A DNA stretch of 61,406 nt, the filler included, from Dugesia japonica (lineage: Eukaryota): NCBI GenBank assembly GCA_001938525.1. It is 6 parts of 6 records of this genome, joined end to end, with 100 filler letters (N's around TTAATTAATTAA, not from the genome) between each part and the next. Parts side by side here need not be neighbours in the genome. Positions count along the whole stretch, not along the records: positions 1 to 11,881 come from MQRL01646694.1; positions 11,982 to 20,585 come from MQRL01604903.1; 4 more parts are not named here. One strand, 5' to 3'. The translations under genes were made by a program, and so were the position numbers. Of the stretch, positions 1 to 13,439 are shown one piece after another. The notes under the pieces were generated by a model. That model was not told where the DNA came from. It saw only the letters and a program-made list of their open reading frames with translations, and searched no databases. Within the stretch, counting starts at the first letter, position 1. Every line of letters starts with the position of its first letter.

Positions 1-69
1 TGGCAACGCATTGTTTAATTTCTCGTTGAAATTTCAAAGCGCACGTCTGCAAGGCAAGATTTAATCGAA

Positions 70-145
70 CAAAACTGTTTTTCAAAAACCATGTTAAAGC
101 GAAACCGTGTTAAGCGAGTATCGTGTTAAGCGAGGGATGGGTGTA
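70..145. mobile_element. Terminal inverted repeat of a pogo/Tigger-like (Tc1/mariner superfamily) element
   Basis: Reiterated CGTGTTAAGCGA subrepeats ending GAGGGATGGGTG (143) followed by TA (144-145); typical pogo-type end. The partner end is outside the window. Confidence 0.55.
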
Positions 146-3057
146 TAAGAATAAATTTTTACAAATTATATCTCGCGTTTCTTAAGCTTGATATCTAAAT
201 AGCACAAAGTTACATAAATTTGTATTTTTAAGAAAATTAATTAATACATAAAAATACAACCATAAACAATTAAAATTCTAAAATGAATTCCAGAATATGC
301 TTTTGTTGAAAATTCTCTCATATGCTGATAGTATTATAAGTTGTCGATTTCCAAATTTATTTTCTCAATAACATTATCAATATAAATTTTCATATTTGCT
401 TTATTGGTTGCACGTAGTCATATGAAATAATATTTCGACTTAAAACACGCAAATTACTTCTTGACTATATGATGGGATTAAATAATAATTAATATTAGTT
501 CTAAAAACCTAATTATTTCATTCGTTTTTTGCACCCTAACATTTTTCATTAAAATAGGTTTATTTCTAAAAAGATTAATTTTATCACACTCTTGAAATTA
601 GTTTTAAAACTTTTCTGAATTTCAATACTCTTCTTGTTGAAATAATTGCCAATATCAAATATTTTGTCCCGTATTTGTTGGAACATCCCATATTCTTGCT
701 GGTACATTTGACATAGGAATGTAAATTCAGTCAAGATATAATAAATATACATAATTTTTCATATTATATTTTACATCAAAATTTCTTTTCGTATTTATAA
801 CCTCAGGACTGTTTTTCTTATCCATAATAATTGTCAGTCGCTTTTGTGTTATACTGTTTTATAAGACATTTGGAAACAATGGATTGGCATATATTAAATC
901 TACAATCTTGCATGTTTTCCGCAACACTATATTGACATAGACTGGTATCTTCTCTAAATATTTGCGCTGCATTTATCATTTTATCTGATAAAGGAAAAGC
1001 TCTCCTACCCAGTCTACTAATTAGTTGTAGAAAGTAAAAATTATTTTTCTTCAGTTTTTTCCACCTAATTATTAAAAGTTTTTTTTTGACAACCTCAAAT
1101 TCTCGCCAACTTATATTCTTTCTTCTTGAATATGTGTTTCGTATATTTTTAATTTAATTTTAATGTGACACTTTTCTTTTTTCCTGTTATTTTCCTGTAA
1201 GTTACTTTTTGGATATTCACAGTTGCTCATTGGAATCAGAACTAGCTGCATTTAATTTATCTATTNNNNNNNNNNNNNNNNNNNNNNNNNNNNNNNNNNN
1301 NNNNNNNNNNNNNNNNNNNNNTAATCGACCGGGAATTAAATTTTTAGTTTAAATAAAGTGAAATTAATTATTTTTTGTTTACATTTACTAAAATTAATTT
1401 TTAATTAATTTTCAAGGAAATCTAGTAGAAAAGGCCATTATGTTTAAATATTTAATTTTTTTAAATAATAAAATTAAATATTTTCAAATTGAAGAAATTT
1501 AACTAAGACTTTGGCCAAAAAAAATTTTTTTAATTTTTATTACGGTTAAAAATTTCAAAAATTTAATTTTCTTCAACCGAATTTTTCGATTTTATTTTCT
1601 TAAGGAGTTGTGTTTAAATAAATTTAATAAATCAATCACAACTCAAAAATTTGGGGAAATAAGTTAAATTTTTTGAAAATTTTAACCTTACTAAAAGTTT
1701 TTCGAAAACATTTTTTGTTAATTTTGAAAATATTTAATTTTATTCAGAGATCAATGGTTAAAAATTTTTACAAAGTGAACAATTACCAAAAAATAAACTT
1801 TCACAATAAACAAAATTTTTTTACAAATAATTCAAATTTTCATGGGAATCCTGGTGAACAGTGCAAGTTTGTCAAAAATAATTTTTATGCTCAGATTTTA
1901 AATACTTTTATACTAATCTGTTAAGAATTTGACGGGGTCATTTTTGGGTTTTCAATATTTTACATAGATTTTTCGAAAAATAAAATGTATTTCAAATTTT
2001 ATCATCAATCCATCTATTCAATAGAAAGTTTTATGCTGAGTAAGGATAACACGGGTAAAAATCGTCAAAATGTATTTCCGAGGAAATAAATGAAAATAAC
2101 AATAAAAAAACAACAAGTACAATTTCTATATAAGGTTAATTTTTATTATTAAATTTATTTAATTTATCATTTTTAGCATTTAATATTTTTACAGAATATA
2201 TAGAGATTCTAAGTTACTAAACCAAAATTTCAAACCAAATTTCTAAACCACTTTGTAATCCGAGGATGTGGTTTAGTGCACCACTATCTATCTACTTTAT
2301 TTTTAATCTACATTTATTTTTATCTTATTCATTTCGACTTTTTGATACAAAATTGTTTTTAATAATTGTTTCTTTACTTTCTCATATTACTATCATAATA
2401 TTCACGTGGATAGTCGCACTTCATCATTATATAACCTTTTCAAAATCCGGCTATGGGGGGGGGGCGATCGCCCCCCCTCTTGTGGATCCGTCCTTGGTTG
2501 TATGTCCACATTGAGAAAATCAATTGTTAAAAAAAATTATTAGAGGTTATTAGTGGAATCCTGTTTATTTTCCTCATTTTCATTTGGATTATACATTAGC
2601 TAATAAAGAAACTCAATAAAATTACTAAAAAATTTAATACAAATCTTAAATATAATTACCCAATTCACTTAATAAATTTTAATATATTAAATTTTTGGCG
2701 TTGAAATCTTAAGATTAAAAATCTTAGTAAGGAACAAATAATAATTTATATTTTTTTATTTAACAAATTATCAATTGGTTGTTTATATATTCTCTAATTC
2801 AAGATATATGTATAGTAATTTTCAATATATTTCTGTTATTTAAATTAAATTAAAAAATTGAGTTTGATAACTATTGGTTAAATATTATATATTACCAAAT
2901 TAAGTATCAATATATTTTAAACTTCTTAAAAATTTACCGTAATAATTGTTTAAATTCATTTTCAAAATGAAACAGCATTTACAGTAAAAACACAGCATCA
3001 ACATGTTTCTGCTAGCAAATTCAACTAAAATAATAGTAAAAAAATATTTCTCAAAAC

Positions 3058-4162
3058 TAGGGAATCCAAGTCCGGATTTCGGAATTCGGAAATTCCGCCT
3101 TGATTTTTAAATTTGAAATTCCGGAATTGAAATAAATCGAATTCCGGATTATTCGGATTTAATTTTTTTTGCTTTCTAACAAATTACACGGAATTCCAGC
3201 GACTGACGACATAAGTACAAAAAATATATAATTTTTGTAACGATTTTTTTTAAAAGTACAAACAGTATGCCATAAGTAATAAAAATATAAAAATAATGTT
3301 ATTCGTTTTGGCATTTAAATTTTTGTGAATTCACATTATAAATGTTTTTTCCTGTGTTTGGTTATATGTTATATTTTGGTGCAATAGCAAATTTGGTAAA
3401 CAGAAAATCATTATAATTTTAATAACGTCCTTGTGAGTGGTTTTGAAAAACAAGTTGAAATTTTTGTGTGATTGGTGATCTTATTTTTACAATCTTTTGT
3501 TTAAAAGAGAGATTTAAATTATTGNNNNNNNNNNNNNNNNNNNNNNNNNNNNNNNNNNNNNNNNNNNNNNNNNNNNNNNNNNNNNNNNNNNNNNNNNNNN
3601 NNNNNNNNNNNNNNNNNNNNNNNNNNNNNNNNNNNNNNNNNNNNNNNNNNNNNNNNNNNNNNNNNNNNNNNNNNNNNNNNNNNNNNNNNNNNNNNNNNNN
3701 NNNNNNNNNNNNNNNNNNNNNNNNNNNNNNNNNNNNNNNNNNNNNNNNNNNNNNNNNNNNNNNNNNNNNNNNNNNNNNNNNNNNNTTTTTTTTTGACTAA
3801 TATAGAAAAGTCTTTTAGATATTATAGATATATTATACTTAGAATTTTTTAATTTTAATATCTTTACCGCTGCTGGAGCATTTTCGAAAAAAAAGTCAAG
3901 ACTTAATGATCCTACATTTGAAAATTTGTGTATGTCCAGAAGCTTATTCAAAAAGCAAACCTAAATTTTTATTTTTAAATATTGAATTTGTTCTTTTTTG
4001 TGTTTTCTTTTTAATTTTAAATTTTTTTTAGTTTACTTTGAAATAAATTTATGGTGGTTAACTTGTATTTCGCTCTTGAGTTTTTATTTGTCTATTCCGA
4101 ATTTCATCTTACGACAATCCGAAAATTCCGGAATTCAGTTTTCGGTAAAAATGGATTCCCTA
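3058..4162 (+). mobile_element. Non-autonomous hAT DNA transposon
   Basis: 11-bp TIRs TAGGGAATCCA (3058-3068) and TGGATTCCCTA (4152-4162); 8-bp TSD CTCAAAAC/CTCCAAAC (7/8 match); subterminal TTCCGG-type repeats; internal remnant IFTAAGAFSKKKSRLNDPTFENLC (~3860-3930) resembles the hAT C-terminal dimerisation motif. Confidence 0.85.
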
Positions 4163-7100
4163 CTCCAAACCAGACTTGTTTTTAAAACAAGATAAAATAA
4201 CCATTAATCAATAATTAATTTAATAACTGAATTAATTTGTTACACTTCACATTTTTCAAATTACGCATTATCAATCGTTTAGATTTTCAAATTTATATTG
4301 AATGATTACTTATACAGTAAACTTCATTAAATACGTATTAATTTATTATAAATATTAATATTTATTATCAAAGAATCCACAAAATTAAATATTCCATCAA
4401 AATTATTTTGCATAAGAAAATTGAAATGCATGTTGCAATTAAACATAAAAATGAATATTAAAATATTTTAAATTGAAATTTAAAAATATTTCTATCAGTT
4501 TATTTTTTGAAATTTTTAATATTAAAGTTATTGAAAACTTTAATAAAAGAAATAATGTCATCGAACAAAGTTTTTGGCGATACTAATTAAATAGTGTTAT
4601 CAGTGATTTTATTAATAAATTTTAATATATCTATTATAATCATTGTGTATATTTATTAATTATGATAGAGTTTTTCAGTTATTTTAACAAGTTAAAAACT
4701 TTAAAAAACATTCTCATTTTCAGATTACGAATTAAAAATAAATTCAAACATTACAGGTGCCGTTAGATTAAATAAGGATATAATATGACTCAACCCAAAG
4801 TTACAACAATACATCATTTATGAAAAAATATGGTTATAAATTATTTACTAAATACATTATTATATGAAAAGTGATTAGTACTATATTAAGCCATTCAACA
4901 CACGCTTACTTATTAGTGAAGTATTTTAAATAACTTTTTACTGTGAGAAAATTAGAAATTTCAAATTCAGAAGGTTCAGCAGATCCATTATAGAATAATT
5001 GAGTATTAAATTTATTAAATAAATTTAAAAAAAACATGAATTATAGTTCTACTGGTTTTGTGAATTATTCTAATGATTGTATTGTATTATCATCATAATT
5101 AATACTATGTCAGACATCAAGTATAAATATTTATTTAAAACCTAAACAGAAAACAATTTGAAAATGGGATCACAATTTATTCCCCGTCATTACAAAAGAT
5201 TTACATCTAAAATAATTATTTCTTTTAAAAAATAGTTTGATTTTAGTATTATCTCTTGATTCATTAAAACAATATGACAAATTTCATTTAGTTTTCTTTT
5301 TATCTTATTTTGATTATCTTTATTGATTATGTTTATTGTTAAAAATTAGAGTAGAAAACCTCAAACAATACAGTAGACTGTGTTCATTATGGAAAACAAA
5401 TATTAGACTTTATATTGATAACATCAAAAAGGTAATTTTCAATTATGTGATTACACATCATGGAGAATTTATTTCATTGAGTTGTTTTTTTTTCAATTTT
5501 GTTTGAATCACGTCTTTGTAAAATTATATTTCTCATAATGAAAATTTTTATTAATTCACCTTGCATGCTATTTCTGCATCTTTGACAAAACATCAAAGTT
5601 GTTATCAATTTCATTCATATTTTATTATTAGAATTATTTAAAGAAAATTACAATGAAGAGAGCAAATAACTTGTAATTAACATTTATTTGTGGTTTTTCT
5701 AAATTTTTTACGACAGACTTAAATCGATAAAAATCGTTTTGATTTAAAGAAAAATCAATCAAATTTTTAATTAATTTAATTTCACCAAAATTTTATTGAT
5801 TATTTTTTTGTTATTTAATTAAACAATTGTTTATGTTGAGAATGATATTACGATTTTTATAATTGGATTTATTTCTAAAATAATCATTTAACTTGAGTGT
5901 TGGTTCCAAATTTTAATTTCCAAAAATGGTAAAGTCATGGCAAATGTGGTTAACTTATGGTCTAAGGCACATGAGGCAATCTGAGCTGAATAGTACGCCC
6001 TTTTGGAATACTGTCATCAGGCCAGACCTGAGTAATTGAGGCGCTCTAGGCCAAGGTTTTAAATCGCGACCCATCTACTATAACGATCAAAAAAAACAAA
6101 AAATATGAATTATTAATAAATATTTTTTTTATTATTTAAACTTCAACTGTTTATTAAAGATTTACATTTAAAAATCTTTATACAGAAATAAGGAAACCAC
6201 TAAATGATACACTATCAAATGTTGATGTATTTTTTTATCTACAAAATGAGAGAAATTGTACTTAAAATAAATATTTTTAATTTTACTTATTAAAACATTT
6301 TTTTAAAAATGTAATACTTGTATAGGAAGTTTGGATATTATTTATGGTTGCTATCACTACCAAGGCTATTTACGATTAATACGCGTAATTTTTTTTTCTT
6401 GAATGTACATGCATACATACATACGTATATTTACTTTATTTATTAAACATCTTACCATATTGAGTAATTTTTTTATGTACATACCATCATTTCAATTTAC
6501 TATAAAAAAAATTAAGTCTCATGGTATCCTAATATCTTGTGAAGGATTGATTTAATTTTTTTGTATATATTGGGCGTTCCAATTTACCGTGAGCTCCAAG
6601 CCATTTCCTTGACTGTCACTGACGAATTAAATAAGTGAAATAAGCACACCATTTTTACATTCGACTATTATTTTAACAGTTATGATTAAAAATGAATGTT
6701 AGTCTTGATTTCTAACATTAATTTTAATATCAACATATGTTTAAATAGTGAATGAAGTCCTCTAGAATTTGTAACAGTAAAAAGATGAGAGTTATAAAAG
6801 ATGAAAAGAAAGTATTTAATGATGAATGAAAACTAGAAATTAAGAATGAGAATAAATACTATTCCCACATTGTGAAACTGTACGAAACCTATATGAAATT
6901 CAATTGGTTCCTAGAATTTTGTCAATTTTCTATTTCTATCAATTATGTACAGGAGTGCAACTCTCTGGTATTTTAGGCGAACGATGATACAGAACATAAA
7001 GGTTATTCATAAATAATTTACATATACTGGTTTTCTTTGTCTGCTTTACTGTATCAGCTACGAAACATTCTAACATAAGACGGGCACAATGCCAAACTAT

Positions 7101-8089
7101 GATATAAGAGAACTTTACGGTTAATAATTTCTTATTATTTCTTAACGCCCTAACTTCATAGCGGAACCGTCACATGCTACAGCAACCAAGTAATTTGAGA
7201 ATGATTACACTTTTCTGCTATATCATGTCCAAAAATAGATTGATGATAGAATCCATTTGAATGCTNNNNNNNNNNNNNNNNNNNNNNNNNNNNNNNNNNN
7301 NNNNNNNNNNNNNNNNNNNNNNNNNNNNNNNNNNNNNNNNNNNNNNNNNNNTTCTGGATTTACTAATTTCTTTGGCTATATTTCCTCCCATTTCTCCAAT
7401 TATATTATTCCCTATATTAATACATGCATTTGTCGAATAGAGAATACAACCCATGTCAATTCCATTCAGTTCTTGCAGGCTAAATTCACCTTTTCACAGG
7501 CTAGTAAATATCAAGAAAGCTTTCTCAATGGTTTCTTTTTCAGTCTTAAATCGCCTTGTGCGCAGCCGATTCTTTGTGATTGCAAATTTCTTTCCATAGT
7601 AAACTCAGCTGTTGTTTGTTGTATTATGTTACCATAGTGTTGATCCAGACATTATTATGTTTCTTTCCAATTGATGTCTTAACTCCAAGAGTGACAACTT
7701 TCTTGCAGACTTTACAGTCAAGCTTTATTTCAGTAAATTTTAGCTACTTATTTTTTGCACAAAAATCATTTTTCTGGTCTGAGGTCCAATAATTGGACTT
7801 GTTATGGGTATTAAAAACTTTAGTTTTATCCTCACGCTTATTATAAAACAAGTTTGAATTATTGCCTAATCTCACTTCTTGAATTTCATTATATGTGCAA
7901 GGATATTTTATACTTATTATAAATAATTTTGAAAATCGCATGTTACATAATAAATAGCATAACTTATAGCATGTTGCATAACAAGTAAATATTTGTTTGT
8001 TAATTGAGGTATGTTGATTGCTCAAATCATAATTACAGATACATTTATTCCTCGTTTTCATATATTTTGGTTACTAAACTGCCTTCTAA

Positions 8090-10180
8090 CATGGCCACCA
8101 CCCAAGGAAATATTCTTAATCCATTTGTTCCTACTCCAAAAACATTCCATATAGGAGACGATGTTGAAGAATGTTTAGTGGAAATTGCAAGATCTTATGA
8201 ACTAAAAGGTTCTGTTCAAAGAACATTAATCAAGGCATGAATGAATCCGTAGATAATTAAATTGAAGATTATGCCCAAAGATGCAGAAAAGCTTTTGAAG
8301 AACCTGCAAATATCGGTAAGGATTTATTAGCTGCATTACATAATATCAAAGAGTATGACTAAATAAAGTCGTTTTACTACAAAATTGATCGTTTCGCTGA
8401 TAATATAATCAGGCATAATTTAGTAAAGAAACATCAAGTCAGTTTTCTGATGCAAAATGCTGTTGAAGATATAGATGTTAAAAAAGAAATAAAATTTAAA
8501 GGATCAACAACAGCCAAATTGTCTAGTCACATTTAAAATCAATAATTTAGTGGAAAACATCAGAAACCGATATTCTGATTCCATAAAATATGTTGTTTCC
8601 CATGTACTCGTATGAATCAATGGAAGAAGATTTAAGAGAGTGGGAAATAATTTCCTACGATATAAATAATTTCACACGAAATAGAAGAAAATGTCAGAAC
8701 TAATTGTCCGAATATAAAAGGTTTCCAGTGTAACAGAGCAGGACCGGTCAAACATCACAACTATGAAGTTCGGGATATGAAAAGAGTTTATCATCAATTC
8801 AATGTTGCAGCGTATGATAAGCATTTGGATGATTTGTCGACAGATGATGATAGAATTATGACAGATCGATTCCTAAAATTCAAAGCCCATCCAAGAGACG
8901 ACGTTGTCAGGCCGATTAATTAAAAATATTAGATTTGATTTGAGTAATAATTGTATGATTGATTATGCTTATAAATGTATGTACGGTATTGAATTGCATG
9001 AAAATAGTTTTTGTGATGATGTATTTATGTATGATGATGTTATGTGTTATACAATTATTGATAATAAAAGTAACTTTATAAATAATAATAATTATAGTAA
9101 TAATGATAGTTATAAAAATAATAATAAGTTCTCGATTATTAATAATTTTTATAAAGAAAGTTATGATACTCTAGATCAACTTGGATGATTCTGATATAAA
9201 TGTTAAATGTGTGAATAATAGTTCTTTAAAAATTCTAGGAAAAGTATATTTAAATGTAAAACTTAGTGAAAAAAATGGAGAACATTTGTTTTTATGTTAA
9301 AAAAATCTCACCTCCTGTTATTTATTGAATAAATCTAATATAAAACTCACCAATGATAAAATATATAATGAAGAATATGTTAATAAAATTAAATTTAGAC
9401 CCAAAATATTAGAAATTGAAAATATTAAAGATAAAATGATATTGAAGATTTTAAAAAAAGATAAAAGCATTATAATTAAACATAAATGAGATATTGGGAA
9501 AACTAATATTGTAAAACAAGAAATAATAACAAATAGTAAACCAATTGCAATTAATTCTAGGCGTCAACCTTATCATTTAATAGATAAGATTGAGCAAAAT
9601 ATTAAAGAAATGAAATTATAAGTAAATGTGACTCCTCTTACAATGCTCCTTTGGTTTGCGTAAAAAACGAGACAATGATAAAATACGACTTTGCTTAGAT
9701 TATAGATTGTTAAATGACGTTACAGATAGACCAATTTCTACTATTTCAAACACTGAGGAAATGATGGATATTTTATATGAAGCCAAATATTTTACTAGCA
9801 TAGATTTGGGTAATGCTTATTATCAAGTAGAATTAACAGATGACTCAAAATGAAAAACTGCATTTTCAACAAAAGGTGCACAATATTATTTTAATAGAAT
9901 GCCATTTGGAATTGCAGCTGCTCCTGCTACTTTTCAGAAATTGATCAATAAGATTTTAGTTCACATAAATTGGAAGGTTGCAGTTGTTTACTCAGATGAT
10001 ATTTTAATTTTTTCCGAAACTAATAAAGAACAATATACGAGAATTGATAATGTTTTGAAAAGAATCCGGTTTCAAAAATAAGTCCATCTAAATGTCATTT
10101 CGTGAAAAACGAGACAAAATTTCTGGGTCATATTATTAATTCAAACAGAATTAATACTGGTAACGAAAAAATTAAAGCAA
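8090..10180 (+). mobile_element. Degenerate Ty3/Gypsy LTR retrotransposon (gag, protease, RT), 3'-truncated
   Basis: gag-like start MATTQG...PKTFHIGDDVE; RT motifs IRLCLDYRLLN, YFTSIDLGNAYYQV, MPFGIAAAPATFQ, VYSDD; many stops and frameshifts. Confidence 0.9.
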
Positions 10181-10702
10181 TATTTTTTATTTTTCAAACA
10201 CAAACATATTTATAGTCCCTTTACTAACATGTACTTTCATAACTTTCAATTTTAAAAAATTAACAATTTATTCCACGATTCCACCTTTTTCAAGAATTTA
10301 AACAAATAAATTAACATAAATTAATGATAAACAAATTAAATTTAAATAGAAGAAATGAAGAAAAATTTTAGAATGAAAAATATTAAAATAAATATTACAT
10401 TTTATTTCAAAAATAATTTAATTAATTAGTTTACTGAGTTTTAATTAATTTAATTTAATTTAACATTTTATTATTCTACCATAGATTAGAATAAGAGTTT
10501 CTGAAAATTTTTATTTTCCAGTAAAATTATTTCTGGAAAAATAATTTCAACATAACAGCAACAACGGTAGAATGACCAACACACATCTATCCAATAAATT
10601 CTATTTTTTAATCATTTAGAACTATTATAAAAAACAAAGCAGAATATTAAACCTATTTAATATTTTTTTTGTTATTTTCATGCGAAATAAATAAAATGAA
10701 AC

Positions 10703-11116
10703 CTGAGTTGTCTGACTATTAGGCAGATGGGCTCGAAGAACAGTTCGGGTCACAGCAGTAACTGAATTGACAGAATGGTCGGGATTAGACAAAATCCGGT
10801 TGACATAATTGGCACGACTGTATTGTATTGTGGTCATATTATTTCTAATTATATTAGGAATTGAGTTTGCAGTTGAGTTAGAATTAGTGTTTTGTGATGA
10901 CGGCTTTGGTTGATGTGTATTTTCTTGATGCAAACCTATGTTTTGCGAGATAAATTCTGATTCGATTTGGTTTTGAACTGAATTTTGTTTTTGATTTAAT
11001 TCTTCAGTTTGCTGTAGGCCTTGATCGAGTTGAAATTTTATTTCTTCCATTTCAGTAGAATATTTCTCTATTAGAACTTGAATACTCGAAATGTCTGCCG
11101 ACAGTTCATCATATTC
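10703..11116 (-). CDS. RAF: Exon of a Raf-like kinase (N-terminal coiled coil plus start of Ras-binding domain); possibly a pseudogene
   Basis: 414-nt phase-0 exon bounded by cag|GAATAT and CAG|gtttca. It starts EYDELSADISSIQVL (cf. BRAF EEYTSKLDALQQ) and ends VLRAHLPNSQTTQ (cf. Raf RBD VRVFLPNKQRT). Upstream HMRITKQIIEPLCEQ (~11250-11300) resembles BRAF MIKLTQEHIEALLDK. Confidence 0.7.
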
Positions 11117-11339
11117 CTGAATGGAATTAGATTTAAAATTAAAATATTTAAAGATTTAATATTTTTAGAACATAATAATAACTGAGAATGATAAATAATT
11201 ATTTATTCAGCGTTTTTTTTTTAATTTATAAAATAAATTCTTTTCAGCATAGCTGTTCACAGAGCGGCTCGATTATTTGTTTTGTGATCCTCATATGATA
11301 TTTTCTATTTATAAATAGATATTTCAGATAAATATAATA

Positions 11340-11830
11340 TTGCATGAATCTTTTAAAAACTGATTTATAAATATAAATAAATAAAAATACCAAATTTTTT
11401 AAAAGTTTTTTATTTGTAAGATATGTTTCGGAAAAATCTATGTCTATCATCAGTTACTGTTGTAAAATCAGATGGAAATTGTTTATATATACTGGCCAAT
11501 AAAACCTGTAACGTAATCAATCCAATAAAATAATCTAAGTATTAAGAATCGGGTTGTGCGACCCAATTTTCAACGCCTCACACGCAATTCTTTCAAAAAA
11601 GTTTCCAGGAAAAGTTTTAGATTATGCCTGTTGCTGCAAAAATAGAAAAGGCACAATTAGCATTGATGAGTTTACAGTTTTGGAAAATGACATTTGGTAT
11701 TTATTTTGAAAGAATTGCGTGCGAAGCTTTGAGGATTAATTTGCATAATTATTCTTTATATTCGGACTGACACACATTCACTTTTAAATTTATTATAGTC
11801 TTATTTTAATGGATTGGTTGCGTTATGGTT
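11340..11830 (-). mobile_element. Penelope-like pseudo-LTR with partial inverted arm
   Basis: Contains the 11416 hammerhead. CACGCAATTCTTTCAAAA (11581-11598) is inverted at 11704-11721, and ~11510-11533 is inverted at ~11801-11823. Homologous to 15712-15821. Boundaries are approximate. Confidence 0.6.
11416..11457 (-). ncRNA. Minimal type I hammerhead ribozyme motif (family B)
   Basis: GTAA-CTGATGA-TAGACATAGATTTTTCC-GAA-ACATAT-C-TTAC: stem I GTAA/TTAC and intact core boxes; stems II and III partly decayed. Confidence 0.75.
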
Positions 11831-11881
11831 CTTGCCGAGTAACTAAAATATCATTTCGTGGGGATACTTTAGCAAAGAAAT

Positions 11882-11981
11882 NNNNNNNNNNNNNNNNNNN
11901 NNNNNNNNNNNNNNNNNNNNNNNNNTTAATTAATTAANNNNNNNNNNNNNNNNNNNNNNNNNNNNNNNNNNNNNNNNNNNN
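11882..11981. other. Assembly spacer (44N-TTAATTAATTAA-44N)
   Basis: Exact 100-nt construct with a six-frame-stop linker; identical at 20586-20685, 30921-31020, 39233-39332 and 52736-52835. Confidence 0.97.
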
Positions 11982-13439
11982 TGCTATAAGACTTGGCGTG
12001 AAATAATACTTTTTCGACTTTACTTCCTGGAAGGCATTGATGGAGCTCATCAGTAATCATCATATTACCTTCTAGTAAATATTAATGTGGTAATAATTCT
12101 AGATCTGATATCTTTCTTTCTATTAGTACATATTATAAATTTGAATGAGACCCACTTGAAATCTTTATAGGCTAACTTTAGACTAATTCTATATAAATAA
12201 GTCGATATAAAAATATTATAAATTATAATATTTAGTGAATAGATTAAAACAATGGTTATCAAAAATAAGGAATGGATAAATTATGATAAAAGGCAAGGTA
12301 GATTGTATAAATTTGATGATTAAAAATTTTGGAAAATTTTGATAGATCTATTATAAATCCACGATGACTTAAAACGGTAATCAATAGGCGGTTTGAAATT
12401 TAAACGTTAAAAATATAGAAGTATAATTTGGAAATTGAAAAGAAATAATAAAACTTTATTGTACGGAAGCTAATAGACTTACAAAACAATTTGGATTTAT
12501 ATTGTCAGTATAAATTTTTAGCACAATAAATAAGTAATTATATATTCACCTAATTCTGTTTTTACGCAAAACTGTTTTAAGCGAATTTGATTTTACGCAA
12601 TTCCAAAAAATATATATTGGACTCTGTTTTTACGTGATTTAAATATCTTTCATTCCAAACAATTTTAATGAGAAAAAATATGTAGATGCGTGTCTTTAGC
12701 GTAAGTTATCAACATAATACAATAAAATACAAATAGCATTGATAACTTTGAACAAAAAACAGACAAAGAATGAGATAAATAATAACAATGCATTTAAAAA
12801 ACAGCTTAAAAATAAGCAGATCAACAAAATTCACCAAATAAAAATTTGCTCAATACGACATGATGAAGGTAACCAAATGATAAAATTAAATTAATAATCA
12901 AGAGCTTATATGACCGGAACGGAGCAACTGGGTCCNNNNNNNNNNNNNNNNNNNNNNNNNNNNNNNNNNNNNNNNNNNNNNNNNNNNNNNNNNNNNNNNN
13001 NNNTTTGAAAGTACTGTATCGAAATAACTTCCCATCATAATAGTAATTTAATGATTTGATGGGAATCGCGATAACGTACAATGTAATTTAATAACGTATG
13101 GCAATCGAAAAATTATTGACTATCTTACAGATATTTCTCAAAACAAACTGATTGAATAATAAAGAACGCTAACTAGTTACAAAAATTTTTAAATAAATCT
13201 TTAAAAGCTTTTACTAGAAAACCAGTTTATATAAATAACATTTAATTAAAGTTCCTGTGGAGTCAATTAACATGATTTCATTATTTTCATTTAGTTTAAA
13301 ATGTTTCGATAACAAAATTTCTGGGGACCAAAATTTCATTACCCAGTTGTCTTCCTTTAAATGTGACAATGAGATTATTTGGTAATATAAATCATTTAAG
13401 CAAAAAACTCAAGATTCTATGGGATCGAAGGTGATCAAA

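Noticed and set aside
540-1250. Possible non-LTR ORF1 remnant with a broken CCHC knuckle (minus strand)
   Set aside because: Needs several frameshifts to reconstruct; insufficient support.
3468-3951. ORFs spanning N runs (also 7218-7637, 12821-13081, 53217-53531)
   Set aside because: Length is inflated by gaps.
5040-5440. TGFVNYSNDC resembling a USP Cys box
   Set aside because: Too short, followed by stops, and no other USP motifs.
12005-12058. Possible hammerhead on the minus strand (CTGATGAG...GTCGAAA)
   Set aside because: Stem I and the stem III palindrome do not pair convincingly, and no second copy is available.
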